Shown here piece by piece: positions 28,720 through 39,492 of a stretch of DNA of 64,000 nt. The notes under the pieces were generated by a model, which saw only the letters and a program-made list of their open reading frames with translations, was not told the origin of the DNA and did no database searches. Position 1 is the stretch's first letter. Each line of letters begins with the position of its first letter. The stretch spans positions 888-64,887 of the forward strand of contig NZ_JANPKO010000096.1 in NCBI RefSeq assembly GCF_031426035.1, written 5' to 3'. This stretch comes from Sphingomonas sp. (lineage in GTDB: Bacteria; Pseudomonadota; Alphaproteobacteria; Sphingomonadales; Sphingomonadaceae). The position numbers and the translations under genes were made by a program.

Positions 28720-31425
28720 ATGACTGCCGTGCCGCTTCCCGCCTTGCACGCAACCCACGCCGGCATCTGGCTCTCCGCGGGCGACGGCGCCGCGCGCGAG
28801 GCGCAGCGCGGCGAAGCGATCGCGCGCGCCGCCGAAACCCCGCACATCCTGCTCAACGCGCCGCTGGTCGGCCAGCGCCTCGGCTATCCCGATTTGTCCG
28901 GGCTCGACCTGCTCGAACTGTTCGCCTTCATCCACCCCGCGCGGTTCGCGGTCCCGACCGTCGCAGGATTGAGCCGCGCGCTGGGCCTGACGCCGCCCGC
29001 GGCCGAGTCGGACGCCGCGACGCATTTGCGCGCGATCGCCGAGCGCCTGCTCGACGGCCTGACCGACCCCGATTGGCCCGAGCGCGAAGGCGCGTGGACC
29101 GCCAACGCCACGCTGCACCGCATCGGCTGGGGCTGGGCGCCACTGGTCGCGGCGCGGCTGGCGCGTCCCGAGGCCGGCGAGCGCATGCTGTTTTCGCGCC
29201 TCCCGCTGTGGGAGGAGGCCGCCGAGCGCCCGCCGCCGCGCACGATATCGGTCACCGCCGCCGACGCCGAGACGCGCCTCGCGGTGCTGACCGGCGCCGG
29301 CTCCGAACCGCGCGAGGGCCAGCGGGCGATGGCCGCCGCCGCCGCCGGCCTGTTCGCCCCGCGCCGCGCCGAGGGCACGCCCAATTTGCTGCTCGCCGAG
29401 GCCGGGACGGGGATCGGCAAGACCCTCGCCTACCTCGCCCCCGCATCGCTGTGGGCGGCCGAGGCCGGCGGCACAGTGTGGATCTCGACTTTTACCAAGG
29501 CGCTCCAGCGCCAGCTCGACGCCGAGGGCGCGCGATTGTTCGCCGACAAGGACGAGCGCACGCGGAAAATCGCGATCCGCAAGGGCCGCGAAAATTATCT
29601 CTGCTTGCTCAACCTCGAGGACGCGATGCAGGGCGCGTTCGCCGGCCGCGCCGCGATCCTCGCCCACCTCGTCGGGCGCTGGGCGGCCTATACCAGGGAC
29701 GGCGACATGGTCGGCGGCGATCTCCCCGGCTGGCTGCCGAGCCTGTTCCGCCGCGCCGGCGCCGCTGCCTTGACCGACCGCCGCGGCGAATGCGTCTACG
29801 CCGGCTGCCCGCATTACCGCCGCTGCTTCATCGAGCGCTCCGAGCGTGCCGGGCGCGCCGCCGACCTGGTCATCGCCAATCACGCTTTGGTCATGATCAA
29901 CGCCGCGCGCGGCCGCGAAGGCGGCACCCCGTACATCGTGTTCGACGAGGGCCACCATCTGTTCGACGCCGCCGATTCGACTTTTGCGGTCGCGTTCGGC
30001 GGGCAGGAGGCGATCGAGATGCGGCGCTGGATCGTCGGCCCCGAAAGCCGCGCGCGCGGCCGGCGGCGGGGACTCGCCGCGCGGCTGATGGATGTCGCGT
30101 CGTACGACGACGAAGGCGCGCTCGCGCTCGACGCGGCGGTCGAGGCGGCGCGGTCGTTCCCGTCCGACGGCTGGCTCCAGCGCCTCGCCGAGGGCGATCC
30201 GTTCGGTCCGGTCGAGGCGCTGCTCGCCGAGGTCCGCGGCACGGTTTACGCGCGGGCCAAGGCGCAGGATGCCGGCTACGGGCTCGAGACCGAGCTCGCC
30301 GAGCCCGACGGCGCTTTGGTGGCCAAGGCGGCGGGCGCGCTCGAGGCGCTCGAGGCCTTGCAGAAACCGCTCGCGGCGCTGGCGCGGCGGCTGGAGGCGG
30401 TGCTCGAGGCGGCGCCCGACTGGCTCGACGCGCAGGCGCGGGCGCGGGTCGAAGGCGCCATCCACGGCCTGACTTGGCGGCGCGAGACGCTCGCCGCGTG
30501 GATCGCTTTGCTCGGCCGCATCGGCGGCACCGCCGACCCCGAGTTCGTCGACTGGCTGGCGATCGAGCGCGCCGAGGGCCGCGAATATGATGTCGCGATC
30601 CACCGCCGCTGGCTCGACCCGACTCGCCCGCTGGCGGCGGCGGTGCTCGCCCCCGCGCACGGCGTATTGTTCACCTCGGCGACCCTGCGCGGCGGCGGCG
30701 GCGACTGGCCGGTCGCCGAACGCCGTACCGGCACCGTCCATCTGCCCGCCCCGGCGCGGCTGTTCGAGGCCGACAGCCCGTTCGATTACGCGCGCTGCGC
30801 CGAGGTGCTGGTGGTGACCGACTTGAAACCCGGCGACCTCGCCGCGCTGGCCGGCGCGTACGGCCGGCTGATCGAGGCGGCGGGCGGCGGCACGCTCGGG
30901 CTGTTCACCGCGATCCAGCGCTTGAAGGCGGTGCACGCGCGCATCGCCGACCGCCTCGCCCGCGCCGGTCTCCCGCTGATCGCCCAGCACGTCGACCCGA
31001 TGGACGCCGGCACCCTGGTCGACATTTTCCGCGATGATCCGCGCACCTCGCTGCTCGGCACCGATGCCTTGCGCGACGGGGTCGACGTCCCCGGCGAATC
31101 GCTGCGGCTGGTGGTGATGGAGCGCGTGCCGTGGCCGCGCCCGACGGTGCTCCACGCGGCGCGGCGGATGGCCAATGGCGGCTCGGCCTATGACGACCGC
31201 GTGGTCCAGGCGCGGCTGGCGCAGGCGTTCGGCCGGCTGATCCGCCGCAACGGCGACCGCGGCCAGTTTGTCATATTGTCGGCGGCGATGCCGTCGCGCC
31301 TGCTCGCCGCTTTTCCCCCGCAAGTTCCGGTCCACCGCGTTCCCCTCGATCTCGCGATTGCGCGGGTCGCGGCGGCCTCGGCGCGGGCGCCGGCTGCGCT
31401 CCCGGCGACCACCGCGCCGGCATGA
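28720..31425 (+). CDS. DinG-family ATP-dependent DNA helicase
   Basis: AGTGIGKT, KGRENYLC, Fe-S cysteines, DEGHH, QAFGRLIR. Confidence 0.92.
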   Translation: MTAVPLPALHATHAGIWLSAGDGAAREAQRGEAIARAAETPHILLNAPLVGQRLGYPDLSGLDLLELFAFIHPARFAVPTVAGLSRALGLTPPAAESDAATHLRAIAERLLDGLTDPDWPEREGAWTANATLHRIGWGWAPLVAARLARPEAGERMLFSRLPLWEEAAERPPPRTISVTAADAETRLAVLTGAGSEPREGQRAMAAAAAGLFAPRRAEGTPNLLLAEAGTGIGKTLAYLAPASLWAAEAGGTVWISTFTKALQRQLDAEGARLFADKDERTRKIAIRKGRENYLCLLNLEDAMQGAFAGRAAILAHLVGRWAAYTRDGDMVGGDLPGWLPSLFRRAGAAALTDRRGECVYAGCPHYRRCFIERSERAGRAADLVIANHALVMINAARGREGGTPYIVFDEGHHLFDAADSTFAVAFGGQEAIEMRRWIVGPESRARGRRRGLAARLMDVASYDDEGALALDAAVEAARSFPSDGWLQRLAEGDPFGPVEALLAEVRGTVYARAKAQDAGYGLETELAEPDGALVAKAAGALEALEALQKPLAALARRLEAVLEAAPDWLDAQARARVEGAIHGLTWRRETLAAWIALLGRIGGTADPEFVDWLAIERAEGREYDVAIHRRWLDPTRPLAAAVLAPAHGVLFTSATLRGGGGDWPVAERRTGTVHLPAPARLFEADSPFDYARCAEVLVVTDLKPGDLAALAGAYGRLIEAAGGGTLGLFTAIQRLKAVHARIADRLARAGLPLIAQHVDPMDAGTLVDIFRDDPRTSLLGTDALRDGVDVPGESLRLVVMERVPWPRPTVLHAARRMANGGSAYDDRVVQARLAQAFGRLIRRNGDRGQFVILSAAMPSRLLAAFPPQVPVHRVPLDLAIARVAAASARAPAALPATTAPA

Positions 31426-31937
31426 AGCGCCTGCTCATCCTGCGCCACGCCAAGTCCCCCGCCGCGCCCGAGCTGCGCGATTTCGACCGCCCGCTCAACG
31501 ATGTCGGCCGCGCCGCCGCCGAGGCGCTCGGGCGCGAGCTGCTCCGCCTCGGAGTCGAGTTCGACTCGGTCATCGCCAGCCCCGCACGACGCGTCACCGA
31601 CACCCTCGACCATCTCGCCATCGGCCTGGCCCGCACGCTGGCGCCGCGCTTCGACCGGAGCATCTACAACGCCGACACCGGCACCCTGCTCGACCTCGTC
31701 CGCGCGGCCGACGATGCGGCCAGCGCGCTGCTGCTGGTCGGGCACAACCCCGGTCTCGCGATCCTCGCGCGAATGCTTGCCGCCGACGACGGCACCCCGG
31801 ACAGTCAGTCGCTGTCGGCCAAATTCTCGCCCGGAACGCTCGCCGAAATCAGCTTCGCGGCGGACCAATGGCAGGCCGTCGGCGAGGGCGGGGGGCGGCT
31901 GGTGCGGGTGATCCGTCCCAGCGACCTGGCGCGCTGA
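31422..31937 (+). CDS. SixA-like histidine phosphatase
   Basis: LRHAKS, DRPLN, SPARR, VGHNPG. Confidence 0.9.
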   Translation: MKRLLILRHAKSPAAPELRDFDRPLNDVGRAAAEALGRELLRLGVEFDSVIASPARRVTDTLDHLAIGLARTLAPRFDRSIYNADTGTLLDLVRAADDAASALLLVGHNPGLAILARMLAADDGTPDSQSLSAKFSPGTLAEISFAADQWQAVGEGGGRLVRVIRPSDLAR

Positions 31938-31938
31938 A

Positions 31939-32334
31939 TCAGTCGCGCAGCGCGGCGATCAACCCGTCGCGGACGCGGGTCAGGCGCGCGATATCCAGTT
32001 GCGCGCCGGCGGAGCCTTGGGTCGGCGCGGGCGCGGGAGCGGCAACCGGCGCCGCGGCGATCGGCGCATCCTCGCCGCCATCGCGCTGGCGGAGCAGTTT
32101 CTGCACCCCTTTGACGGTGTAGCCGTCGGCGGTCAGCAGGCGGTGGATGCGCCGCGCCAAATCGACGTCGGCGGGGCGGTAGTAGCGGCGGTTGCCGGCG
32201 CGCTGGAGCGGCCGCAATTGCGGAAACTTGGTTTCCCAGTAGCGCAGGATGTGCTGGGCGACGCCGAGTTCGGCCGACAGTTCGCCGATCGTCCTGAACG
32301 CGCCTGGTGCTTTGTCGCCGGCGGCCGCCGCCAT
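31939..32334 (-). CDS. MerR-family regulator
   Basis: FRTIGE...HILRYWETKF...GNRRYY. Confidence 0.9.
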   Translation of the reverse strand: MAAAAGDKAPGAFRTIGELSAELGVAQHILRYWETKFPQLRPLQRAGNRRYYRPADVDLARRIHRLLTADGYTVKGVQKLLRQRDGGEDAPIAAAPVAAPAPAPTQGSAGAQLDIARLTRVRDGLIAALRD

Positions 32335-32335
32335 G

Positions 32336-32662
32336 CTATTTGGCGATTCGATCGCGCAGGATGTGGCTGGCGCGGAAGGTCATCACGCGGCGCGGGGCAA
32401 TCGGCACTTCGACCCCGGTCTTGGGGTTGCGGCCGACGCGCTGGCCCTTGTCGCGCAGGATGAAGCTGCCGAACCCCGAAATCTTGACGTTGGCGCCGTC
32501 CGACAGCGCCGCGCACATGTGATACAGCACGCGCTCGACGAAGCTCGCCGACTCGGCGCGCGACAATCCCAAATTGCGGTGGACGATGTCGGCCAGGTCG
32601 GCGCGCGTCAGCGTCCCGGTGAGCCCGCCTTCATTGATCCGAGCGATCCCGAGATCGGCCAT
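32336..32662 (-). CDS. ihfA: Integration host factor alpha subunit
   Basis: VKISGFGSF...[23 protein letters not shown]. Confidence 0.95.
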   Translation of the reverse strand: MADLGIARINEGGLTGTLTRADLADIVHRNLGLSRAESASFVERVLYHMCAALSDGANVKISGFGSFILRDKGQRVGRNPKTGVEVPIAPRRVMTFRASHILRDRIAK

Positions 32663-32770
32663 ATCTTCCTCCCGCTCCTTCGCGCCCGAACCCCCTGCCG
32701 GGCATTGCATCTGCGTAACGGAAACTGCCCGTGTCGGCAATTCGACATTTCGCTCGATTCTTAAGCTATA

Positions 32771-33745
32771 TCAATACTTGAGCGCCGCCGCGCCCCATGT
32801 AAACCCCCCACCCATCGCTTCCAGCACGATCAGGTCGCCGCGCTTGATGCGGCCGTCCCGGACCGCGGTGTCGAGCGCCAGCGGGACCGATGCCGCCGAG
32901 GTGTTGGCGTGGCGGTCGACGGTGACCACGACTTTTTCCGGCGGCAGCCCGAGTTTGCGCGCGGTGGCGTCGAGAATCCGCACATTGGCCTGGTGCGGCA
33001 CCACCCAGTCGACATCGGCCGAGGTCAGGCCGGCGATGCCCAGCACTTCGTTGAGCACATCGGCGAGGTTGACCACCGCGTGGCGGAATACCTCGCGCCC
33101 CTTCATCCGCAATTTGCCGACCGTCCCCGTGGTCGATGGCCCGCCGTCGACGAACAGCAAGTCGTTGTGGCGCCCGTCGGCGTGGAGCTTGGTGGCGAGG
33201 ATTCCGCGTGTCCCTTCCTCCGCGCGCAGCACCAGCGCCCCGGCGCCGTCGCCGAACAATACGCAGGTGGTGCGGTCCTCCCAGTCGAGCAGGCGGCTGA
33301 AGGTCTCGGCGCCGATCACCAGCGCGGTCTTGGCGCTGCCCGAGCGCAGCATCGAATCGGCGACGGTCAGCGCATAGAGAAAGCCGGTGCACACCGCGTG
33401 GACGTCGAACGCGATGCAGTCGGGGATGCCGAGCATCGCCTGGACCTTGGTCGCCGAGCTCGGAAAAGTCTGGTCGGGGGTCGCGGTCGCAAGCACGATC
33501 AGGTCGACCTCGGCCGCCGCGATCCCGGCATGCTCGAGCGCTTTGACGCACGCGTCATGCGCCAGCGAGGCGGTGGTCTCGCCGTCGCCGGCGATGTAGC
33601 GGCTGCGGATCCCGGTGCGCTCGACGATCCACTGGTCGGTGGTGTCGACGCGCTCGATCAGCTCGGCATTGTCGACCCGCCGCGCGGGCAGCGCCGAGCC
33701 GACCCCGGCCACCACCGAGCGGCGGGCGGTTGCGATCTCGCTCAT
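32771..33745 (-). CDS. fabH: Beta-ketoacyl-ACP synthase III
   Basis: AVCTGF, PHQAN, ANTSAAS. Confidence 0.96.
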   Translation of the reverse strand: MSEIATARRSVVAGVGSALPARRVDNAELIERVDTTDQWIVERTGIRSRYIAGDGETTASLAHDACVKALEHAGIAAAEVDLIVLATATPDQTFPSSATKVQAMLGIPDCIAFDVHAVCTGFLYALTVADSMLRSGSAKTALVIGAETFSRLLDWEDRTTCVLFGDGAGALVLRAEEGTRGILATKLHADGRHNDLLFVDGGPSTTGTVGKLRMKGREVFRHAVVNLADVLNEVLGIAGLTSADVDWVVPHQANVRILDATARKLGLPPEKVVVTVDRHANTSAASVPLALDTAVRDGRIKRGDLIVLEAMGGGFTWGAAALKY

Positions 33746-34791
33746 TGCGCAGCCTCGGCGGCGAACGCGTGGGCGCGGAAATTGTCGAGGTCCTCGCCGA
33801 TCTTGCGCGTGGTCTGGTTGCGCACCATCCGCGCCGCCACTCCGACCGCATTGGCGACCCCCTTGGCGTTGGCCCCGCCGTGGCTCTTCACCACCAGCCC
33901 GTTCAATCCCAGGAAAACCGCGCCGTTATGGTTGTTGGGGTCGAGGTGGACTTTCAATAAATTGAGCGCGGGCCGCGACAAAGCGAACCCGGCCTTCGAG
34001 CGCAACGAGCTCTTGAACGCATTGCGCAACAGGTCGGTGACGAACCGCGCGGTGCCCTCGGCGGTCTTGAGCGCGATATTGCCCGAGAAACCGTCGGTGA
34101 CGACGACGTCGATATTGCCGCGCGACAATTGGTCGCCCTCGGTAAAACCGTCGAAGCGCAGCGGCAAATAATCGGCATCGCGGAGCAGCGCGGCGGCTTC
34201 CTTCAGCTCGTCGGTGCCCTTCAATTCCTCGGTGCCGATGTTGAGCAATTTGACCCGCGGCCGCGACAGCTCGAGCACGGTTCGCGCATAGGCCGCGCCC
34301 ATCACCGCGAACTGGACGAGGTTCTGCGCGTCGCACTCGGTGTTGGCGCCCAAATCGAGCATCACGCAGTCATGCGTGCCGAGCGTGGGCAGCAGCGCCG
34401 CCAGCGCCGGGCGGTCGATCCCCGGCATGGTGCGCAGCGCAAGCTTGGCCATCGCCATCATCGCGCCGGTGTTGCCGCCCGACAATGCGGCGTCGGCCTG
34501 GCCGTCCTTGACCGCGTTGATCGCCATGCCCATCGAGGTGGTGCGGGCGCGGCGGATCGCCTGGCTCGGCTTCTCCTCGGGGGTGATGAAGTCGGTGGTG
34601 TGGATCAGGGTCAGCGCCTGCTCCAACCCGCGATAGCGCGCCAGCTCGGGGCGGATCCGCGTCTCGTCGCCGAACAGCAGGAAGTGGAGGTCGGGCTCCT
34701 TGCGCCGCGCGCGGGCGAGCCCGCCAAGCATCGCGGCGGGACCGCTGTCGCCCCCCATGGCGTCGATGGCGATGCGCGGGCCTGCGGTCAT
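33742..34791 (-). CDS. plsX: Phosphate acyltransferase
   Basis: [28 protein letters not shown]. Confidence 0.96.
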   Translation of the reverse strand: MTAGPRIAIDAMGGDSGPAAMLGGLARARRKEPDLHFLLFGDETRIRPELARYRGLEQALTLIHTTDFITPEEKPSQAIRRARTTSMGMAINAVKDGQADAALSGGNTGAMMAMAKLALRTMPGIDRPALAALLPTLGTHDCVMLDLGANTECDAQNLVQFAVMGAAYARTVLELSRPRVKLLNIGTEELKGTDELKEAAALLRDADYLPLRFDGFTEGDQLSRGNIDVVVTDGFSGNIALKTAEGTARFVTDLLRNAFKSSLRSKAGFALSRPALNLLKVHLDPNNHNGAVFLGLNGLVVKSHGGANAKGVANAVGVAARMVRNQTTRKIGEDLDNFRAHAFAAEAAQ

Positions 34792-34819
34792 CGCGTGGCG
34801 CCTTGCTCCGCTAGACCGG

Positions 34820-34999
34820 TCAGGCCTCGCTCGAGACGATCTCGCGGCCGTTGTAGTGGCCGCACGGCACGCACAGATTGTGCGGCAGCTTCAGTTCGCC
34901 GCAATTCGGGCATTCCTGGAAGTTGACCGGCGACAGCGCATGGTGGCTGCGGCGCATGTTGCGCTTCGAGGGCGAGGTTTTTCTTTTCGGAACGGCCAT
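34820..34999 (-). CDS. rpmF: 50S ribosomal protein L32 (not in the ORF track)
   Basis: Hand translation [20 protein letters not shown]...[26 protein letters not shown]. Confidence 0.96.
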   Translation of the reverse strand: MAVPKRKTSPSKRNMRRSHHALSPVNFQECPNCGELKLPHNLCVPCGHYNGREIVSSEA

Positions 35000-35239
35000 T
35001 TCGGCACCTGCTAAATCTTGGACGACAAAAAAATTGGCGACGATCTGCGCCTAGCTCGAACGGGACAGTCCCGTGGCGGCGGTCGATCGTCGCGAACGCG
35101 GCTCCTATAGCGCATGGGCGACACAGCGCAAGGCTCCGCCGTTCGACCAACACTGCCGGGCAGTTCGTTACGGACGGGAATCGACTCCGTTCGCGCACCC
35201 TGTCAGGACAGGCGCTCGATTCGGCAGGGGGAGCCAATC

Positions 35240-35551
35240 ATGAAAAAGCCAATGGTGTATCTGGCCGCGGCCGCGGTCGTGGCGGCGCCGCTGATGGCCA
35301 CGGACCCGGCCCATGCGGCGGCGCGCAAGGACGGGGGTGCAAGCGATATCCAGTCGTTCTGCCGCGAGCTGGTCGCCAGCGGCGATGTCCCCGGGCTGTC
35401 GATGGGCGAATGCGTCAGCCTCAACATCAGCTCGGATTCGGAAAAGGGCGGGTTCGTCGCCCATCGCTGCGACAATTGGCGGGATGCCGCCGAGCTCGAG
35501 CTGGCCGGCTTCAGCTCCTACGCTGATTGCATCCGCAGGTTCACGCCATAA
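35240..35551 (+). CDS. Small secreted four-cysteine hypothetical protein
   Basis: GGGGAG RBS, signal peptide MKKPMVYLAAAAVVAAP. Confidence 0.65.
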   Translation: MKKPMVYLAAAAVVAAPLMATDPAHAAARKDGGASDIQSFCRELVASGDVPGLSMGECVSLNISSDSEKGGFVAHRCDNWRDAAELELAGFSSYADCIRRFTP

Positions 35552-35572
35552 GGCGGGCGACCTGCCCTTAGC

Positions 35573-36244
35573 TCACGCCGCCGCCAGCACACGGTCGCCG
35601 ACCAGGGGATTGGTCGCGCGCTCGTGGCCGAAGGTCGACATCGGGCCGTGGCCCGGGACGAACGCGGTGTCGCCGCCCATCGGCCACAGCCGCTCGGTGA
35701 TCGAGGCGATCAGCTGGGCGTGGTTGCCCATCGGGAAATCCCAGCGCCCGATCGAGCCCTTGAACAGCACATCCCCGACCAGCGCCAGCTTCGACGGCGC
35801 GTGGTGGAACACGACATGCCCCGGCGTGTGCCCCGGGCAGTGGCGGACATCGAAGGTCAGCTCCCCGACCGTCACCCTGTCCTGATCGACCAGCCAGCGG
35901 TCGGGCGCGAACGGCTGGCCGAACACGTTCCAGCGCCGCCCGTCCTCCTCCAGCCGGCTGATCCAGAACAGGTCGGCCTCGTGCGGGCCCTCGATCGGCA
36001 CGCCCAGCTCGGCGGCGAGCACCCCGGCCGATCCGCAATGGTCGATATGACCGTGGGTCAGCAGGATCTTCTCGATCGTCACCCCATTGTGCGCCGCCGC
36101 CGCCTTCAATTGGGCGAGGTCGCCGCCGGGATCGACGAACGCCCCGCGCATCGTCGCGGTGCACCACAGCAAGGTGCAATTCTGCTGCAGCGGCGTGACC
36201 GGAATGATCGCCGCCTTGAGCGGAGGAGGGGCGGGCGCATTCAT
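35573..36244 (-). CDS. MBL-fold metallo-hydrolase (GloB/YcbL-like)
   Basis: THGHIDH, PGHTPGH, GDVLF, PGHG. Confidence 0.92.
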   Translation of the reverse strand: MNAPAPPPLKAAIIPVTPLQQNCTLLWCTATMRGAFVDPGGDLAQLKAAAAHNGVTIEKILLTHGHIDHCGSAGVLAAELGVPIEGPHEADLFWISRLEEDGRRWNVFGQPFAPDRWLVDQDRVTVGELTFDVRHCPGHTPGHVVFHHAPSKLALVGDVLFKGSIGRWDFPMGNHAQLIASITERLWPMGGDTAFVPGHGPMSTFGHERATNPLVGDRVLAAA

Positions 36245-38160
36245 CGCTTGAGCAGATTGCTCTGCCAGAACATCATCGTCGACCAGAACAGATAGTCGAC
36301 ATTTTCCTTCTTGGCGAAGCCGTGGCCCTCGTTTTCGCCGACCAAATACCACACCGGATTGCCGCCGCTGCGCACCGCCTTGACGATCTGGTCGGCCTCC
36401 GACTTGGGCACCCGCGGGTCGTTGGCGCCCTGCACCACGAACAGCGGCGCGCGGATCTCGCCGACCCGCCTGAGCGGTGCGATCTCGAGCAATTTGGCGC
36501 GCTGCGCGGGGTCGCGCTCGTCGCCATATTCGACCCGGCGCAAGTCGCGGCGATAGCTTTGGGTGTTCTCGAGGAAGCTGACGAAATTGGAGATCGCGAC
36601 GTTGCACAAGGCGCCCTTGAAGCGCGCCGGATAGGCGATCGCCGAAGCGTAGCACATGTAGCCGCCGTAGCTGCCGCCGGTGACCGCCATGCGACCGCCG
36701 TCGAGCCGCGGGTCGGCGCTCAGCCGGTCGAGGAAGGCGCCGATGTCCTTGACCGAATCCTCGCGCTTGAACGGCCCGTTGTCGAGGCTGACGAAGCGCT
36801 TGCCGTAGCCCGACGAGCCGCGCACGTTGGGGAAGAAGATCGCGATCCCGAGCTCGTTGAGGAGATAGTTGTTGCGCCCGAGGAAGCTCGGCCGGAACTG
36901 CGCTTCGGGGCCGCCGTGGATGTTGACGATCAGCGGCCGCTTGCCGGGAAAGCGCTTGGGGTCGGGGCGGTAGAGGAAGCCCGAAACCGCCTCGCCATCG
37001 AAGCTTTTGACTTCAATCAGCTCGGGCGCGGCGTTGACCGTGGGGTCGAGCCCGCCGGTCTCGCTTTCGGTCCAGCGCGTCACCGCCAGGCTCGCCGGGT
37101 CGACCGCGAAGGCATCGGCCGGGCTGTGCGCCGACGACAGGGTCAGGCCGAGCGTGCCCCACGGCGCGAACTCGAGCCCGCTCACCACCCCGACCGGCAG
37201 CGCGGTGACCGCGCGGCTGGTGCCCGACGCTACGTCGAGCAAATGCAGCCGGCTGCTCCCGGCCTCGTTGACGGTGAAAGCGACGGTCCGCCCGTCCTCG
37301 CTCAGCGCGAACTCCTCGACGTCCCAGCGCCCGCCCGGCGTGACCGGGGTAAAGCGCCCGGTCGCGGGATCGAGCGTGCCCAGCCGCTGGACGTCGGAGC
37401 CCTCGTCCGAGGTCACCCACAGCCGCCCGTCGGGCCCGAACTCGGCATCGCCGTAGCTGATTGCCTGCGCGTGGTCGCCGATCGCCGTCAGCTTACCCGT
37501 CGCAATTTCGAGCAAATACGGATCGGCGTCGGTGATCGAGATGTAGTTGAGCACCACCGCCTGCGTCCCGCCCGGCGCGAAGTCGGCGAAATTCCACCCG
37601 CCGCCCTTCACTTGCGCCACCAGCCGGTCGCTCTTGGGGTTGCGCGGGTCGACCACATAGAGGTCGCTGTCGCTGCCGTTGCGGCGGGTCGAGCTGTAGC
37701 CGGCGATCTTGCCGTCCTTGCTCCAGCTGCCGAACTCGTTGCGGCTCTTGCCGTCGGTGACCTGGGTCAGGCGGCCCGCCTTCAAGGTGAACAACTGAAA
37801 AAATTCATCGCCGCCCTTGTCGCGGGTGACCACCAGAGTGTCCCCGGTCGGCGACCAGCTGCCGCCGACCGGCTCGGCCTCGAAGCTGATCTGGCGGCGC
37901 ATGCCGAGCGGCGCGGCGACCTTGTGCAATTGCGCGGTGTTGGCGAACCGCGTGGCGATCAGCATCGAGCGGTCGGCCGCGTTCCACCCCGCGAAGCCGG
38001 CGCTGCGGAACTCCATGTAGGGGCGGCTGGTCACCGCCAGCTCGTCGGGCACCGGCGGCACCCCGTCGGCGGTCAGCGCGGCCGGCTTGGGCACCTCGGC
38101 GGCGGCGGGGACGGAAATCGAAAGGGCCGCGACGGCGACCAGCAACAGCGGTTTACGCAA
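36241..38160 (-). CDS. S9 prolyl oligopeptidase family peptidase
   Basis: Beta-propeller plus GGSYGG, GANDPRV, EGHGF; TTG start. Confidence 0.92.
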   Translation of the reverse strand: MRKPLLLVAVAALSISVPAAAEVPKPAALTADGVPPVPDELAVTSRPYMEFRSAGFAGWNAADRSMLIATRFANTAQLHKVAAPLGMRRQISFEAEPVGGSWSPTGDTLVVTRDKGGDEFFQLFTLKAGRLTQVTDGKSRNEFGSWSKDGKIAGYSSTRRNGSDSDLYVVDPRNPKSDRLVAQVKGGGWNFADFAPGGTQAVVLNYISITDADPYLLEIATGKLTAIGDHAQAISYGDAEFGPDGRLWVTSDEGSDVQRLGTLDPATGRFTPVTPGGRWDVEEFALSEDGRTVAFTVNEAGSSRLHLLDVASGTSRAVTALPVGVVSGLEFAPWGTLGLTLSSAHSPADAFAVDPASLAVTRWTESETGGLDPTVNAAPELIEVKSFDGEAVSGFLYRPDPKRFPGKRPLIVNIHGGPEAQFRPSFLGRNNYLLNELGIAIFFPNVRGSSGYGKRFVSLDNGPFKREDSVKDIGAFLDRLSADPRLDGGRMAVTGGSYGGYMCYASAIAYPARFKGALCNVAISNFVSFLENTQSYRRDLRRVEYGDERDPAQRAKLLEIAPLRRVGEIRAPLFVVQGANDPRVPKSEADQIVKAVRSGGNPVWYLVGENEGHGFAKKENVDYLFWSTMMFWQSNLLKR

Positions 38161-38183
38161 GGCGATACTCCAGGTGGGCAGGC

Positions 38184-39446
38184 TTAAGGGGTGGGGGTGA
38201 GCGGCGACAGCGCCGGCGGGACATGGGTCATCCGCACCGCCATGTCCTCCGCCCGGCGTAGCGCGCGCAGCACATTGCCCCCGGCGAGCTTGGCCAAATT
38301 GGCGTCGCTCCACCCGCGGCGGATCAATTCGGCGAACAGAACGGGGTAGGTGGCAACGCTGTCGAGCCCCTCGGCGGTGAACGGGATGCCGTCGAGATCG
38401 GCGCCGATCCCGACATGGTCGTGCCCGGCGACCTTGACGATGTGCTCGATATGGTCCGCGACCAGGCCGACCCCGACGGTTGGCCGCGGGTGAGCTGCAT
38501 CCCACGCCTTGAGCGCGGCCTCGGCGGTCGCCGCGCTGAACGGGGTCAGCGCCTTCAGTCGAGCCTCCTCGGCGGTCCGCTGCAGTGCAAATTGTCGCAC
38601 CTCGGGCGACAGGAACACCGGGAAGAAATTGACCATCACCACCCCGCCATTGGCCGGCAGCAATTGCAGAACATCGTCGGGCACGTTGCGCGGGTGCGGG
38701 TTGAGCGCAAAAGCGTTGGAGTGGGAGAAGATCACCGGCGCCTGGCTCATCGGGATGGCGTCCTTCATCGCCGCCGGCGAGACGTGGCTCAAGTCGACCA
38801 GCATCCCGAGCCGGTTCATTTCCTTGACCATCACCGCGCCGACCGGGCTGATCCCGTCATGCTTGGGCTCGTCGGTCGCGCTGTCGGCCCATTCGGTGGT
38901 CTGGTTGTGGGTCAGCGTCATGTAGCGCACGCCCAGCGTGTAGAATTGGCGCAGCGCGGCGAGCGACCCGCCGATCTGCCGCCCCCCCTCGATCCCGAGC
39001 AGCGACGCCACTTTTCCCGCTTTGTGGATGCGCACCACGTCGTCGGCGGTCGACGCCAGCGCGAGGTCCTGCGGATAGGCCGCGATCAGCCGCCGCGCGA
39101 TGTCGATTTGCTCGATGGTGGTGCGGATCGCCTCGTCGCCGGTGATCGTGCCCGAGATATACACCGACCAGAATTGCCCGCCGACGCGCCCCGCGCGGAG
39201 CCGCGCCATGTCGGTCATCAGCGGTTTTTCGAGCTTGTCGGCGCCGCTCTCGAGCCCGCTCACACCGAACGCATATTTCTCGCGCAGCTCGCCGGGCAAA
39301 TCATTGTGCCCGTCGATCAGCGGGGTGCGCTTGAGGATGCGGTCGATCCGCGCCTGGACCTTGGGGTCGATCGGCGCGGTCTGCGCGGACGCGGCGGCGG
39401 CGGTCGCCAGGAGAACGGCAAAGCCGAGCGATTTGAGGCACATCAT
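38184..39446 (-). CDS. Membrane dipeptidase (M19)
   Basis: IDGHND, GIEG, DLSH, FSHS, GADLDG. Confidence 0.92.
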   Translation of the reverse strand: MMCLKSLGFAVLLATAAAASAQTAPIDPKVQARIDRILKRTPLIDGHNDLPGELREKYAFGVSGLESGADKLEKPLMTDMARLRAGRVGGQFWSVYISGTITGDEAIRTTIEQIDIARRLIAAYPQDLALASTADDVVRIHKAGKVASLLGIEGGRQIGGSLAALRQFYTLGVRYMTLTHNQTTEWADSATDEPKHDGISPVGAVMVKEMNRLGMLVDLSHVSPAAMKDAIPMSQAPVIFSHSNAFALNPHPRNVPDDVLQLLPANGGVVMVNFFPVFLSPEVRQFALQRTAEEARLKALTPFSAATAEAALKAWDAAHPRPTVGVGLVADHIEHIVKVAGHDHVGIGADLDGIPFTAEGLDSVATYPVLFAELIRRGWSDANLAKLAGGNVLRALRRAEDMAVRMTHVPPALSPLTPTP

Positions 39447-39492
39447 CGGGCGGGGTTTACGGACGCTTGGCCAAGCGTGCAATTGCCTTGGC

